DNA of 64,000 nucleotides. It comes from a virus. Below the pieces are notes generated by a model. That model had not been told where the DNA came from. It ran no database searches and saw nothing but the letters and a program-made list of their open reading frames with translations. The position numbers were made by a program, and so were the translations under genes. The stretch lies in IMG/VR virus record IMGVR_UViG_3300027733_000033; one strand, written 5' to 3'. Shown piece by piece: positions 46,665 to 55,415 of the stretch (position 1 is the first letter of the stretch; each line of letters starts with the position of its first letter).

Positions 46665-49271
46665 TTAAAAGAAATCTTCAAGCGATGCTTTTTCTTCAGC
46701 AGTCCAACCTAATGGACTGATTAATATATTCATAACGTTCAGATACGATTTTTCAAACATAGTATCCTTATCGATGTATTTATGTAAACCCAGCTCGTCG
46801 GGCAATTTACTATTAAACCCTATGACGTTTTCTTTAATAGGATTTTTCTTATCAAGATACAGATATTTGATTTTATTGCCGTCTGAAATTAATTCGTACT
46901 GTTTATCTAACCTTTTCTCTTTAATGTAGAAATTGTATAATAGCGCCGCCCTTACACCAATCGGAGTACCAGATAAATAGATAGAAGAATCTCCGGCATA
47001 CTTTTTACAACCATTAACGCCCGTAGGAATAGCAATTTCTTCGGCTGTGAACGAATTAAAGCGATTTTTAAATTTAGATACATGTTTTTGTAACTCCGAC
47101 TCTTTACCGTATAATACGATATCTAACGAATCACGTAATGACTCTTTCACTTTGATTGGTGTAGACGATTTAACCAACTCCAACCCAATGACCTTTTTCT
47201 TAGGTTTAGCGTATCTAACACCCTCTGAATCCCAAACAGAAAGCACATATTTTTTCTTACCGTGCCAAATACCAACGTCAGCTAATACTTCTCGCTTCAT
47301 AGACATTTTATTTTCATAGGCGTAAGTGTAAGCTGCCAGATTATCATAACACTCTGAAATGGTAGGCTGGATAATATTTTTACAAAACATATCCATAAAG
47401 TTGATAATTTCTTCAGTAGATTTATCTTTTACCGGTGAATTTTGTACAACGTCATCTAAAGCAACATAGATAGAATCTGTATCACTGTATAGGATATAAT
47501 CGACACCCACCGTACCTAATACCTGATTAATTTTTTTAGATACATGTTTACCTACCCACAACACCGCCAGTTTACCAGACATCGTAATCGCTTCAGCTAA
47601 TTTAATATCGAAGAACAAGAAGTTGGCTTCACCAAACGCACCATAACCTGAGTTCAAGATACCAATTTTATACGCCTGCTCCATAGTAGATAAAATGGCG
47701 ATACGTTTACCCATTTCTTTATCTTTAGTCAGCTCATACTGCTGCTCTAACCGAAGCATTTCCTTTTTAGCCGTATTTCTTTCATTGTAGTATAATTCCA
47801 TAATAGCAGGAATAAACCCCTGTGTATCACGTTTAAAGCACCAACCAGAACCAGAAATAGCCAACCCGTTATTAGGTAAAGGTTTCTCGTCAACAAAGTA
47901 TTCTGTATCAAAGTCAAGAAATACACCAGTTAACATTTCAGGACTGATGTTATACTGCTGAATCAAATGAGGATACAGAGATGCTAAGTCGAATGACGCA
48001 ACGCATTTATGTTTACCTATTTTTGGCTCTTTAACATACGCGCCGCGATACTGTTCTTTTTTAGCTGAACGTTTGTGTAAAGGAATAGCAATATTTTTAT
48101 CAGCAAGATAATTGTACGATAGCGACTCCCAAATACCCACAGGCGAGAATACATCTTCATAATTAATTTTAGCCGCGTATGCAATACCAATTTGAAGACG
48201 AACCATATTTTTTTCATCTTCAAGCTGAGTAATCAACTCTGTATCGATTACGTTATAGTCTACAAACTTATTCCATGATAACTGCTTAATTACACTGCCC
48301 AGTCTATTATAATCAGCACTATTTTCGGGTAACAACAATTGTTCATAGGCTAACTTTTGAATATCATTACCGTCTTTATCAGGAATAGGAATACCAAGAT
48401 AAAAATGTTTAAACCCATCAAACTCGTTATGTTCAAGTTTAGCGTGACCCAATACTTCCTGCGTGATGAAATCTAACCTGTAAGACTCATACTTAGTCTG
48501 AGCATACTTTTTAAACAAATCCATATAATCTAAATTTGCGATACCATACAATCTGATGGTGATATTTTTATCTTCACCCTCTTTAAGAAAAGCCTTACCT
48601 GATGGGCTTTTGGGTGGCGCTCCTTTAACTATACTGAATGGTGATAGTTTATTAGCATAATCTTTGCCGATAACCTTTACCATTCTATTATACAGATATG
48701 GAATATCGAAATAGTTTGAATTCCAACCGGTAATAATATCAGGATAGTCATTTTTCCAAAAGTCAACGACTGCGCGAAGTAGCGCCTTTTCACTATCAAA
48801 ATGATGGTAATTAGTCAAATCGGACGTGTAGTTATTACAGCCAAATGTATGTTTGGTTTTTGTGTTAAAGTCAATCAATGTGACAAGTAATACTTCTTCA
48901 ACCGGATTTTTATAATCAGGAAAGCCGTTTTCAATCGTAGTCTCGATGTCAATCGCTAATACCCTAATATCATCCATATCAAAATCAATCTTTCCTGGAA
49001 ACTCTGAACGGATAAACTGATTTGTGTAATTAGTGCACCCATGTACACTAAAGCCGCTGACATGTTTATAATCATCTATAAATTTATCTGTATCTTTCAT
49101 CGTTCCTGGCTGGATAGGATAAACAGATTCACCTGTCAATAAGGTTTTAAACTCAGATGACTTATCTTTAGATGCGCTGACATAAAGAGTAGGCTTAAAA
49201 TCAACAACATCTGTGCCACTTGTGGATACACAATAAATTTTATCGCCATATTTAAAAACGTTTTTATACAT
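46665..49271 (-). CDS. gp43: Family B DNA polymerase
   Basis: DIET (ExoI), GWNS.YFD, YN..D, SFDLASLYP, K...NSGYG, YSDTDS, KKKY and clamp-binding tail SLEDFF. Confidence 0.97.
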   Translation of the reverse strand: MYKNVFKYGDKIYCVSTSGTDVVDFKPTLYVSASKDKSSEFKTLLTGESVYPIQPGTMKDTDKFIDDYKHVSGFSVHGCTNYTNQFIRSEFPGKIDFDMDDIRVLAIDIETTIENGFPDYKNPVEEVLLVTLIDFNTKTKHTFGCNNYTSDLTNYHHFDSEKALLRAVVDFWKNDYPDIITGWNSNYFDIPYLYNRMVKVIGKDYANKLSPFSIVKGAPPKSPSGKAFLKEGEDKNITIRLYGIANLDYMDLFKKYAQTKYESYRLDFITQEVLGHAKLEHNEFDGFKHFYLGIPIPDKDGNDIQKLAYEQLLLPENSADYNRLGSVIKQLSWNKFVDYNVIDTELITQLEDEKNMVRLQIGIAYAAKINYEDVFSPVGIWESLSYNYLADKNIAIPLHKRSAKKEQYRGAYVKEPKIGKHKCVASFDLASLYPHLIQQYNISPEMLTGVFLDFDTEYFVDEKPLPNNGLAISGSGWCFKRDTQGFIPAIMELYYNERNTAKKEMLRLEQQYELTKDKEMGKRIAILSTMEQAYKIGILNSGYGAFGEANFLFFDIKLAEAITMSGKLAVLWVGKHVSKKINQVLGTVGVDYILYSDTDSIYVALDDVVQNSPVKDKSTEEIINFMDMFCKNIIQPTISECYDNLAAYTYAYENKMSMKREVLADVGIWHGKKKYVLSVWDSEGVRYAKPKKKVIGLELVKSSTPIKVKESLRDSLDIVLYGKESELQKHVSKFKNRFNSFTAEEIAIPTGVNGCKKYAGDSSIYLSGTPIGVRAALLYNFYIKEKRLDKQYELISDGNKIKYLYLDKKNPIKENVIGFNSKLPDELGLHKYIDKDTMFEKSYLNVMNILISPLGWTAEEKASLEDFF

Positions 49272-49325
49272 CAAAACTCCTTACCAAAAAGACTAATTAT
49301 ACTTTGTTTGTTGCCTAAAGTAAAC

Positions 49326-49892
49326 CTACACACCATGAACTATCATCATAGCATCTAAGGCACAGTCTGCTGTAGGGTGATGCTTTAATACATTATCTCT
49401 ATTGAATCCTTCAAATTTGACTTCACAATATCCATTTTTGGAAGTAGAATGTAATAAATCAACGGCGGTTCTAACGTCACGATACATGTTGTATGCGGTA
49501 ATCCTTTCAACGCCTACCGCCTTACATAAACTGTCAAAAACCATTTGGTCTAACGAACCTCTAATGAATACCTGTTCTTTTTCTGGATTAGGCGTTTTGC
49601 TTTTCATCCAATCTTTAATGATTTGAATACCGGTAAGCGCCGATACATCATTTTTATGTGGGTATATGCTAAACTCTTTTGCTTGTTCGCATTGTTTAGA
49701 CCACCATTCCATAGTATCTTTGGATGATGTTCTACCATATTTTTGAATTTGTTCTTTAGCGTCAAATTTGACAAACACCCCATTTTGAATCAAACTTTCA
49801 TAAGATGCATCAACGTCAACATAAACCATACCGGCGGATAATACCACCGCAGTAGATTCGGTGTCAGTTGTCTCTATATCTAATAAAAACAT
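49326..49892 (-). CDS. dexA: DexA-like 3'-5' exonuclease
   Basis: LDIET, T.EWW.KQ, RG..D, RDVRT and H....DCA.D. Confidence 0.8.
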   Translation of the reverse strand: MFLLDIETTDTESTAVVLSAGMVYVDVDASYESLIQNGVFVKFDAKEQIQKYGRTSSKDTMEWWSKQCEQAKEFSIYPHKNDVSALTGIQIIKDWMKSKTPNPEKEQVFIRGSLDQMVFDSLCKAVGVERITAYNMYRDVRTAVDLLHSTSKNGYCEVKFEGFNRDNVLKHHPTADCALDAMMIVHGV

Positions 49893-49900
49893 AATATTCC

Positions 49901-50119
49901 TTATTTGTAAATAAATTTTTGGGGACGAGTTTCATAGGTATTTTCTGGAGAAATAGAGGTCTTAAACTTTTGAACAAAAAGACGTTTGGTTTTAAATCCA
50001 GTTATCCATTTTCCATCTACTAAGGTTGGAGAAAACTCGAACCAGTGCCATTTATGGTCAGTATCTTTGCATAAATACCGCGCCCAGTTAGGAGCGGTTT
50101 CCCATTTAGGTTTGCTCAT
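49901..50119 (-). CDS. Small phage protein (KPxWxxAPxWAxYL family)
   Basis: Paralog of 5196..5408. Confidence 0.65.
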   Translation of the reverse strand: MSKPKWETAPNWARYLCKDTDHKWHWFEFSPTLVDGKWITGFKTKRLFVQKFKTSISPENTYETRPQKFIYK

Positions 50120-50498
50120 TAAGGTAATCCGCTACACATTCTAATGAATAAAATACAGAACCCAGATTCAGTTTAACCATATCAGCAGTTGCATAAAGCG
50201 AATGGAGCATTTGTGGGTCGAATAATTCAGTATCTTCTAACAAAATTGCGAATATGGTTTTCCATGGTCGCTTATTAGAATCATCAATGGCTTCAGCTAT
50301 AGAGTAAACGCCTTTAATTTCCGGTGTAATAACGTATAGTACAAAGTCACACTCATTTCGTTGAGTTAACTCCTCAAGTCGAGCTTCTTCGTTCCAGTCG
50401 TCAACAACAGGATTAAAATACTCGATATCAAGCATAGGAATTAATTTATCTCTCCAAGTTGAACCGTTACACGTGCCGCCTAAAAATACTCTTTTCAT
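50106..50498 (-). CDS. Nucleoside 2-deoxyribosyltransferase-like protein
   Basis: VFLGGTC..S.WR....L.I.YFNPVVDDW...E......D...Y.IT....G.YSIAE. Confidence 0.75.
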   Translation of the reverse strand: MKRVFLGGTCNGSTWRDKLIPMLDIEYFNPVVDDWNEEARLEELTQRNECDFVLYVITPEIKGVYSIAEAIDDSNKRPWKTIFAILLEDTELFDPQMLHSLYATADMVKLNLGSVFYSLECVADYLNEQT

Positions 50499-50719
50499 TG
50501 ACCATCATCCCAAATAAAATAAACAAACACCCATGCCACGAATAACGAAAATAATATTACAACTTCTGAATCAGTAATTTCGTTCATAATGTCACCAGCG
50601 AGAGTAATGGTGATGATGGTGTGGGACGTAATAATAGCCGCGATAATGATGTGGATATGGTGCGTATGTGGCGCAACCGGTTAATAATAGCGCTATCATA
50701 AATAAGATATATGTTTTCA

Positions 50720-51091
50720 TTAGAATAGTTCCTCGTATTGTTTGATTACAAATAGATAATATGGAAATGATATTAAAATTCCAGCATTACAATCTAACGG
50801 ATTATAAAACCTTTCAACAATATTATATATTGGGTTTCCTGTTTCATCGTCGCTTTGAATGACAGTAGAGTATTCCGCTTCATAATAAGATACGTCATCA
50901 AAGGTATCGCCGTTTTCGTTATATTTGAAAATTTCAGGCTTATTTCTCATCATATAACGATAATCGCCTTCATCATATATCGGAATCCATTCTACTTCAG
51001 TAGCATTAATCCTAACTTTATAAGGATAATCCCCGCCTAAAGTTAATCCTTTATTATTACCATCAACGTATAAATTGAATGGGAGTTGCAT
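50720..51091 (-). CDS. Hypothetical protein
   Basis: ORF. Confidence 0.6.
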   Translation of the reverse strand: MQLPFNLYVDGNNKGLTLGGDYPYKVRINATEVEWIPIYDEGDYRYMMRNKPEIFKYNENGDTFDDVSYYEAEYSTVIQSDDETGNPIYNIVERFYNPLDCNAGILISFPYYLFVIKQYEELF

Positions 51092-51092
51092 A

Positions 51093-51293
51093 TTATACCC
51101 CAAATTGTAAGGTATAACCTAAAACTTTCAGCGCCGCCTTTGCTTTACGTTTTGCTTCAGTTTTAGTGCTACCATTGAAGTATAACTTTTCCATAGAGTA
51201 ATATCCTTCAATTGGGACATACACTTTAGCAGTAAAAAGTTTTCCAAGAATTCTTGAACGGGTTTCAATAATTTCAGCGGTTACAGTAGACAT
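51093..51293 (-). CDS. Hypothetical early protein
   Basis: ORF behind a type-A cassette. Confidence 0.6.
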   Translation of the reverse strand: MSTVTAEIIETRSRILGKLFTAKVYVPIEGYYSMEKLYFNGSTKTEAKRKAKAALKVLGYTLQFGV

Positions 51294-51422
51294 TTTATAC
51301 ACTCCAATTAATTTAAGGGATAACTTCATTAAGATCTATTATACTACTATTTTATGAAAAGTAAAGCTTTATTTTAAATTATTTTTAGGCATGAAAAAGC
51401 CGACATATAGCCGGCTTAATTA

Positions 51423-52064
51423 CTAGTTGCGAACCAAAATTACATTATGCGTATCGCTTTTATCACCCCGATAAATGAATCCGTTAGAAAAGAATACAGA
51501 ACGATCGTCATCAGTTCCATCACAAGCCCAAAATTCTCCATCAAGGTTCAATTTCAGCAATTCTGTTGTCGTAGGTAAGCGCCACCCATTATGGCAATGC
51601 TCTTTAGCGTATTCAACTGCACCCCACCAATTTTCTTGAATAATTTTTGGAGTTTGTGAAGTAAATTTACCAATAGTTTCCAAATTGTTAGCAACTGCTT
51701 CAATAGCAAAAAAGTTTAGCATTTCATTATAAGCAAAATCAATTTTAGCATAAATAACATAGCATGCCCAAGCAGGCGCTTCGTTATTTACAATGTTTTT
51801 AAACATGGCATCTTCAATGCAGTAAAAACTAAAATTTTCTAAACATTCTCTGCGCGGTTGGCTACGCATACGATTTACCGCAATCCGTTTACCTAATTTT
51901 TTACTATACACGTCAACCTTAGAAGAAAAGGCTACACCAAATGTCACAACAGGTATTTTTGAGCCGTTAGCGCCTGTCATATAATCTGTTTCGTATGCAA
52001 TAGTGATAACATTAGTTCTTGCTAAACTGGTATCACCTAAAAAATAATATTTCACATTGCTCAT
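51423..52064 (-). CDS. Two-domain protein with C-terminal DUF1566-like domain
   Basis: GVAF.S..D.YSKK.G.RIA..R N-terminal domain; W..AVEY....GWRLPT..EL C-terminal domain. Confidence 0.65.
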   Translation of the reverse strand: MSNVKYYFLGDTSLARTNVITIAYETDYMTGANGSKIPVVTFGVAFSSKVDVYSKKLGKRIAVNRMRSQPRRECLENFSFYCIEDAMFKNIVNNEAPAWACYVIYAKIDFAYNEMLNFFAIEAVANNLETIGKFTSQTPKIIQENWWGAVEYAKEHCHNGWRLPTTTELLKLNLDGEFWACDGTDDDRSVFFSNGFIYRGDKSDTHNVILVRN

Positions 52065-52284
52065 AATTTATTACTCCAATTTTATTAAGGTTTAACTTCA
52101 AGATCTATTATACTACTATTTTATGAAAAGTAAAGCTTTATTTATTATCAGGAACCCCACCTAGGATTTCAATACATTCATTAACCCTAACAAAAATAGA
52201 TATCGGTATTTCATATTCGCATACATAATTAAGAAGTTCTCGTACTTCTTCCAGTTTTTCTAAAAGAATTTTGTCATTCATAAT

Positions 52285-52479
52285 TTACCCATATAGCCGC
52301 TTAATTTCAAATTCATAACCCTTATATTCTTCGATTGCTTTTTCCATAGCAATTTCTGCTGATTCTCTGGTTCGATACAAACCTTCAGTAAATGTTTCTT
52401 CAGGACAGGATACTGCATTCCATCCAACAACTTCATATATTTTTAAATCTTTATTGAAATCGTCAGTTAATGAACTCAT
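52285..52479 (-). CDS. Hypothetical protein
   Basis: ORF. Confidence 0.55.
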   Translation of the reverse strand: MSSLTDDFNKDLKIYEVVGWNAVSCPEETFTEGLYRTRESAEIAMEKAIEEYKGYEFEIKRLYG

Positions 52480-53006
52480 AATTCCACCTCCCCGCTGTTC
52501 AACATACCGCAAGCACGTTCTGCATCACTTTTTGTTGTAAAATATACTGCTATTTTTTGGTATATACGAGTAACATCAATAGACCATCTGTCGTCATCAA
52601 CAATAAACTCAATCGTATATTTAAAACTCGATACGTCTGACCAATCCACCACATCATCACCGCATAATTCGTCACGCAAAGCCAGTAAACGATTGAACTT
52701 GCGCATCTCAACAGATGCTTTTTCTGCTTGCTCTCGGGTTGGGCGTTCATGCCCAAATTCTTTTGTTCCAACCCATGACGGTAAATTAGATATTTTACCA
52801 CCCGAATTAATGTTGCACGAACCTCCAACAGGCTGCCATTTAACCGGTTTACGGCGGTATTCGTATCCTTCATACCAATTAAAATTACCGGTAACACTTT
52901 CCCACTTATCATACATTTTAACTTCCCACAACTCCCATGGGGTTTTATTAGTAAATGCGTCTTTTGCATATTCTAACATCAAATCAGCGTGTTTATGTCC
53001 ACTCAT
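52476..53006 (-). CDS. Hypothetical protein (HKHAD..PWELW family)
   Basis: ORF. Confidence 0.65.
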   Translation of the reverse strand: MSGHKHADLMLEYAKDAFTNKTPWELWEVKMYDKWESVTGNFNWYEGYEYRRKPVKWQPVGGSCNINSGGKISNLPSWVGTKEFGHERPTREQAEKASVEMRKFNRLLALRDELCGDDVVDWSDVSSFKYTIEFIVDDDRWSIDVTRIYQKIAVYFTTKSDAERACGMLNSGEVEL

Positions 53007-53287
53007 TATTTACACCCAGCATGATTATCAATTTTATCTTTAGGGATAAAATTTAGTTTATGCTCACTGATACAATATTCATATTTATTTCCTCTCCAAG
53101 ACACTTCAGCTTCACCGGCTAACTCCGCTTGCCCACGAGTATTGAAAACACCAATCACATAACTATGATTTTCACGGTCACCCCAACGTAAGGCTTCAAC
53201 TACAAATAAAGAACCTTCCGCATATTGGGTTTCAAAGGCGGTGTATGTTTTATTTACTGAAGGAACAACAAATTCAGCAGTTTCCAT
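53006..53287 (-). CDS. Hypothetical protein
   Basis: RWGDRENHSYVIGVF....RGNKY. Confidence 0.65.
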   Translation of the reverse strand: METAEFVVPSVNKTYTAFETQYAEGSLFVVEALRWGDRENHSYVIGVFNTRGQAELAGEAEVSWRGNKYEYCISEHKLNFIPKDKIDNHAGCK

Positions 53288-53288
53288 T

Positions 53289-53510
53289 TTAATCTCCAAA
53301 TATAATAGTTTCAGCGGCTTTTTCAGCGCGGATAATTTCAGATTTTATTTTTACTAGAGTGTTAAGGTTATTTTCTAAGGCGGCGGCAATTTTATGCTTA
53401 ACCGGATCGCCACTTGCTTGATATTTATCTACCAGTTTACATCTTTTTTTAATTGTTTCATCTAAAGTATCAAGCACAATTTTCATATTAGACTTTTTGA
53501 ATCGTTCCAT
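53289..53510 (-). CDS. Hypothetical protein
   Basis: ORF. Confidence 0.55.
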   Translation of the reverse strand: MERFKKSNMKIVLDTLDETIKKRCKLVDKYQASGDPVKHKIAAALENNLNTLVKIKSEIIRAEKAAETIIFGD

Positions 53511-53512
53511 TT

Positions 53513-53710
53513 TTATTCGCCTGTTTCGCATTTTGCTGAGTAACCTAATAAACCGTCAACCAACGCCTGTTCAATTTCTGGTTTATGCTGTTCAAGATAA
53601 AACTCACACTCAGCATAGGATTGAAATTCCATAGTAATTTTTTCTGGAGTGCCGTGGTCAACTTGAGACGGTGTAAAATATAGTAAAAATGTTAAAACTA
53701 TTGCTTCCAT
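53513..53710 (-). CDS. Small exported protein
   Basis: Hydrophobic N-terminus and F.S..EC...C motif; similar architecture to 62114..62302. Confidence 0.55.
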   Translation of the reverse strand: MEAIVLTFLLYFTPSQVDHGTPEKITMEFQSYAECEFYLEQHKPEIEQALVDGLLGYSAKCETGE

Positions 53711-53731
53711 TATAATATCCTCAAATTAAAA

Positions 53732-53908
53732 TTAAAGAGTAACAACCATATAGCGCATACCGTAGTATGATTTTTCACCAGGAGTCAGCATTTTATTCCA
53801 GTCTTTTGCCCGTTCCTTTGCTTCTTCTTTAGTTTCAAAAATGAATAAGATATTATCTTTACCACTTTTTGAACCGATACTGCCGCCTTTCAAATATATA
53901 CCAAACAT
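53732..53908 (-). CDS. Early protein homologous to a module of the 38814..39611 internal protein
   Basis: GGSIG...ETKEEA...AK..NK.L(T/S)PGEK.YYG..Y in both proteins. Confidence 0.7.
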   Translation of the reverse strand: MFGIYLKGGSIGSKSGKDNILFIFETKEEAKERAKDWNKMLTPGEKSYYGMRYMVVTL

Positions 53909-54001
53909 ATCAAACACTCCAATTAATTCAAGGGATAACTTCATTAATATCTATTATACTCGGTTTTATAGAAAAGTAAAGCTTTATTTTAAGGCTTAAT
54001 G

Positions 54002-54071
54002 ATATTTTTAAGCGCTTAACCTCAATTCACGCCCGACTAGGCTATTGGTCTATAAAGTAAAGTTTTATTTT
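54002..54071 (-). repeat. Type-B repeat, copy 4 (internal deletion through the -10 and spacer)
   Basis: Identical to copy 1 over roughly 53973-54046, then truncated. Confidence 0.85.
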
Positions 54072-54112
54072 ATATGTGAAAAAGCCGACAATTAAGCCGG
54101 CTTGTTATGAGT

Positions 54113-54454
54113 TTAATAATCGCTGTAATTGCCACTAGATATTCTTGGCCAAGGCTCATCATCTTTAATCGCTTGAGCTAAATCAAACGCATACTTTTTG
54201 GCTGTTGCTAATTTAGAAAACACCCAACTTTCTTTATCGCCAACTTTCTTAAATGATTCTGGCTGTCCTTCATTCACCGACCATTCATTAAATCTTGTTC
54301 TATAAATATCAACAACTGAAGAATCAATCCCTAAACTATTTTTCTCAATAGAAATACGATACCAATCTGTATTAACTTTTCTGATTTTAAGCGGCGCTTC
54401 TTTTTTAGGTTTAGCCGCTTCATTTAAATTTTTGAATTCGTTATAACTTAACAT
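54113..54454 (-). CDS. Internal-head-type protein
   Basis: MLSYNEFKNLNE leader; late promoter ATAAATA at about 54483-54489. Confidence 0.65.
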   Translation of the reverse strand: MLSYNEFKNLNEAAKPKKEAPLKIRKVNTDWYRISIEKNSLGIDSSVVDIYRTRFNEWSVNEGQPESFKKVGDKESWVFSKLATAKKYAFDLAQAIKDDEPWPRISSGNYSDY

Positions 54455-54585
54455 TTGAACCTCATTTAATATTGACCTTACCTATTTATTAAATTCTATT
54501 ATACTCGGTTTTTATCAAAAGTAAAGCTTTTTTTAATTATTTTTTAGGCGCAAAAAAGCCGACAATTAAGCCGGCTTTCGTTTAA

Positions 54586-55275
54586 CTAATCAGCGTATGC
54601 AATCACAATATCTTTACAAATTCCTGACCTAACAATATCGTCTATATCAAAATGAACCCATCCTACATTGTTAAGATGTTTCAAACGGGTAAGCGCATCA
54701 TCTAAACCAGATAATCCTTTAATATCTTTTTGTTGTACGTCACCATCAACTACAACTTTACTGTTTTCGCCGATTCTAGTTAAGAACATTCGCAGTTGTG
54801 TTGGTGTACAATTTTGCGCTTCATCAAGAATAATAAAACTGTCTTCAAATGTACTTCCTCGCATATAGGCTAACGGTCTAAATTCAATAATTTTCCGTTT
54901 GAACAAATATTCAGTAAAAGAAGCGCCTAATCTTTTGTTTAAAATATCCAACATTGGTTGAAGATATGGCAAGGTTTTTTCTTCTAATTCTCCTGGAAGA
55001 AATCCTAAATGTTCACCAGCTTCTTGAATAGGTCTAGTGAGAACAATTTTATTAATCTTTTTGGCTTTTAATAATTCAGCGGCGTAAGCAATAGCAACAT
55101 AAGACTTACCTGTTCCAGCAGAACCTGTACCAAAAGTCAATACGTTTGTTTTTATCGAATTCAGGTAGCGTTTTTGGTTATGTGTTAAGGTAACAATTTC
55201 GGCAGGTTGTAATTCGTCAAGTTCAAAAGTAGGAGCAGTTTGACGTGTCTTTTTAATTTTGCTTGTGGTTGCCAT
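54586..55275 (-). CDS. phoH: PhoH-family ATPase
   Basis: GSAGTGKS, LGFLPG, YMRG.TF, ILDEAQN, TRIG and DIVRS. Confidence 0.95.
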   Translation of the reverse strand: MATTSKIKKTRQTAPTFELDELQPAEIVTLTHNQKRYLNSIKTNVLTFGTGSAGTGKSYVAIAYAAELLKAKKINKIVLTRPIQEAGEHLGFLPGELEEKTLPYLQPMLDILNKRLGASFTEYLFKRKIIEFRPLAYMRGSTFEDSFIILDEAQNCTPTQLRMFLTRIGENSKVVVDGDVQQKDIKGLSGLDDALTRLKHLNNVGWVHFDIDDIVRSGICKDIVIAYAD

Positions 55276-55310
55276 ACAATTTCCATATGTTAAGTTAAAA
55301 TTAGTATTTT

Positions 55311-55415
55311 ACTAAATATTTTGTACAAAAAAGCTGGTCGCGATATCCCCATATCCACCAGCACTAATCATTCTAACGATAAAAGGAATTACCATGACCA
55401 GCACAAGTATTTATA
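55311..55415 (+). promoter_or_regulatory. Endonuclease leader element (third GIY-YIG copy)
   Basis: ACTAAATA; GCTGGT-CGC-GATAT-CCCC-ATATC-C-ACCAGC; antisense TATAAATA at 55408-55415. Confidence 0.8.
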
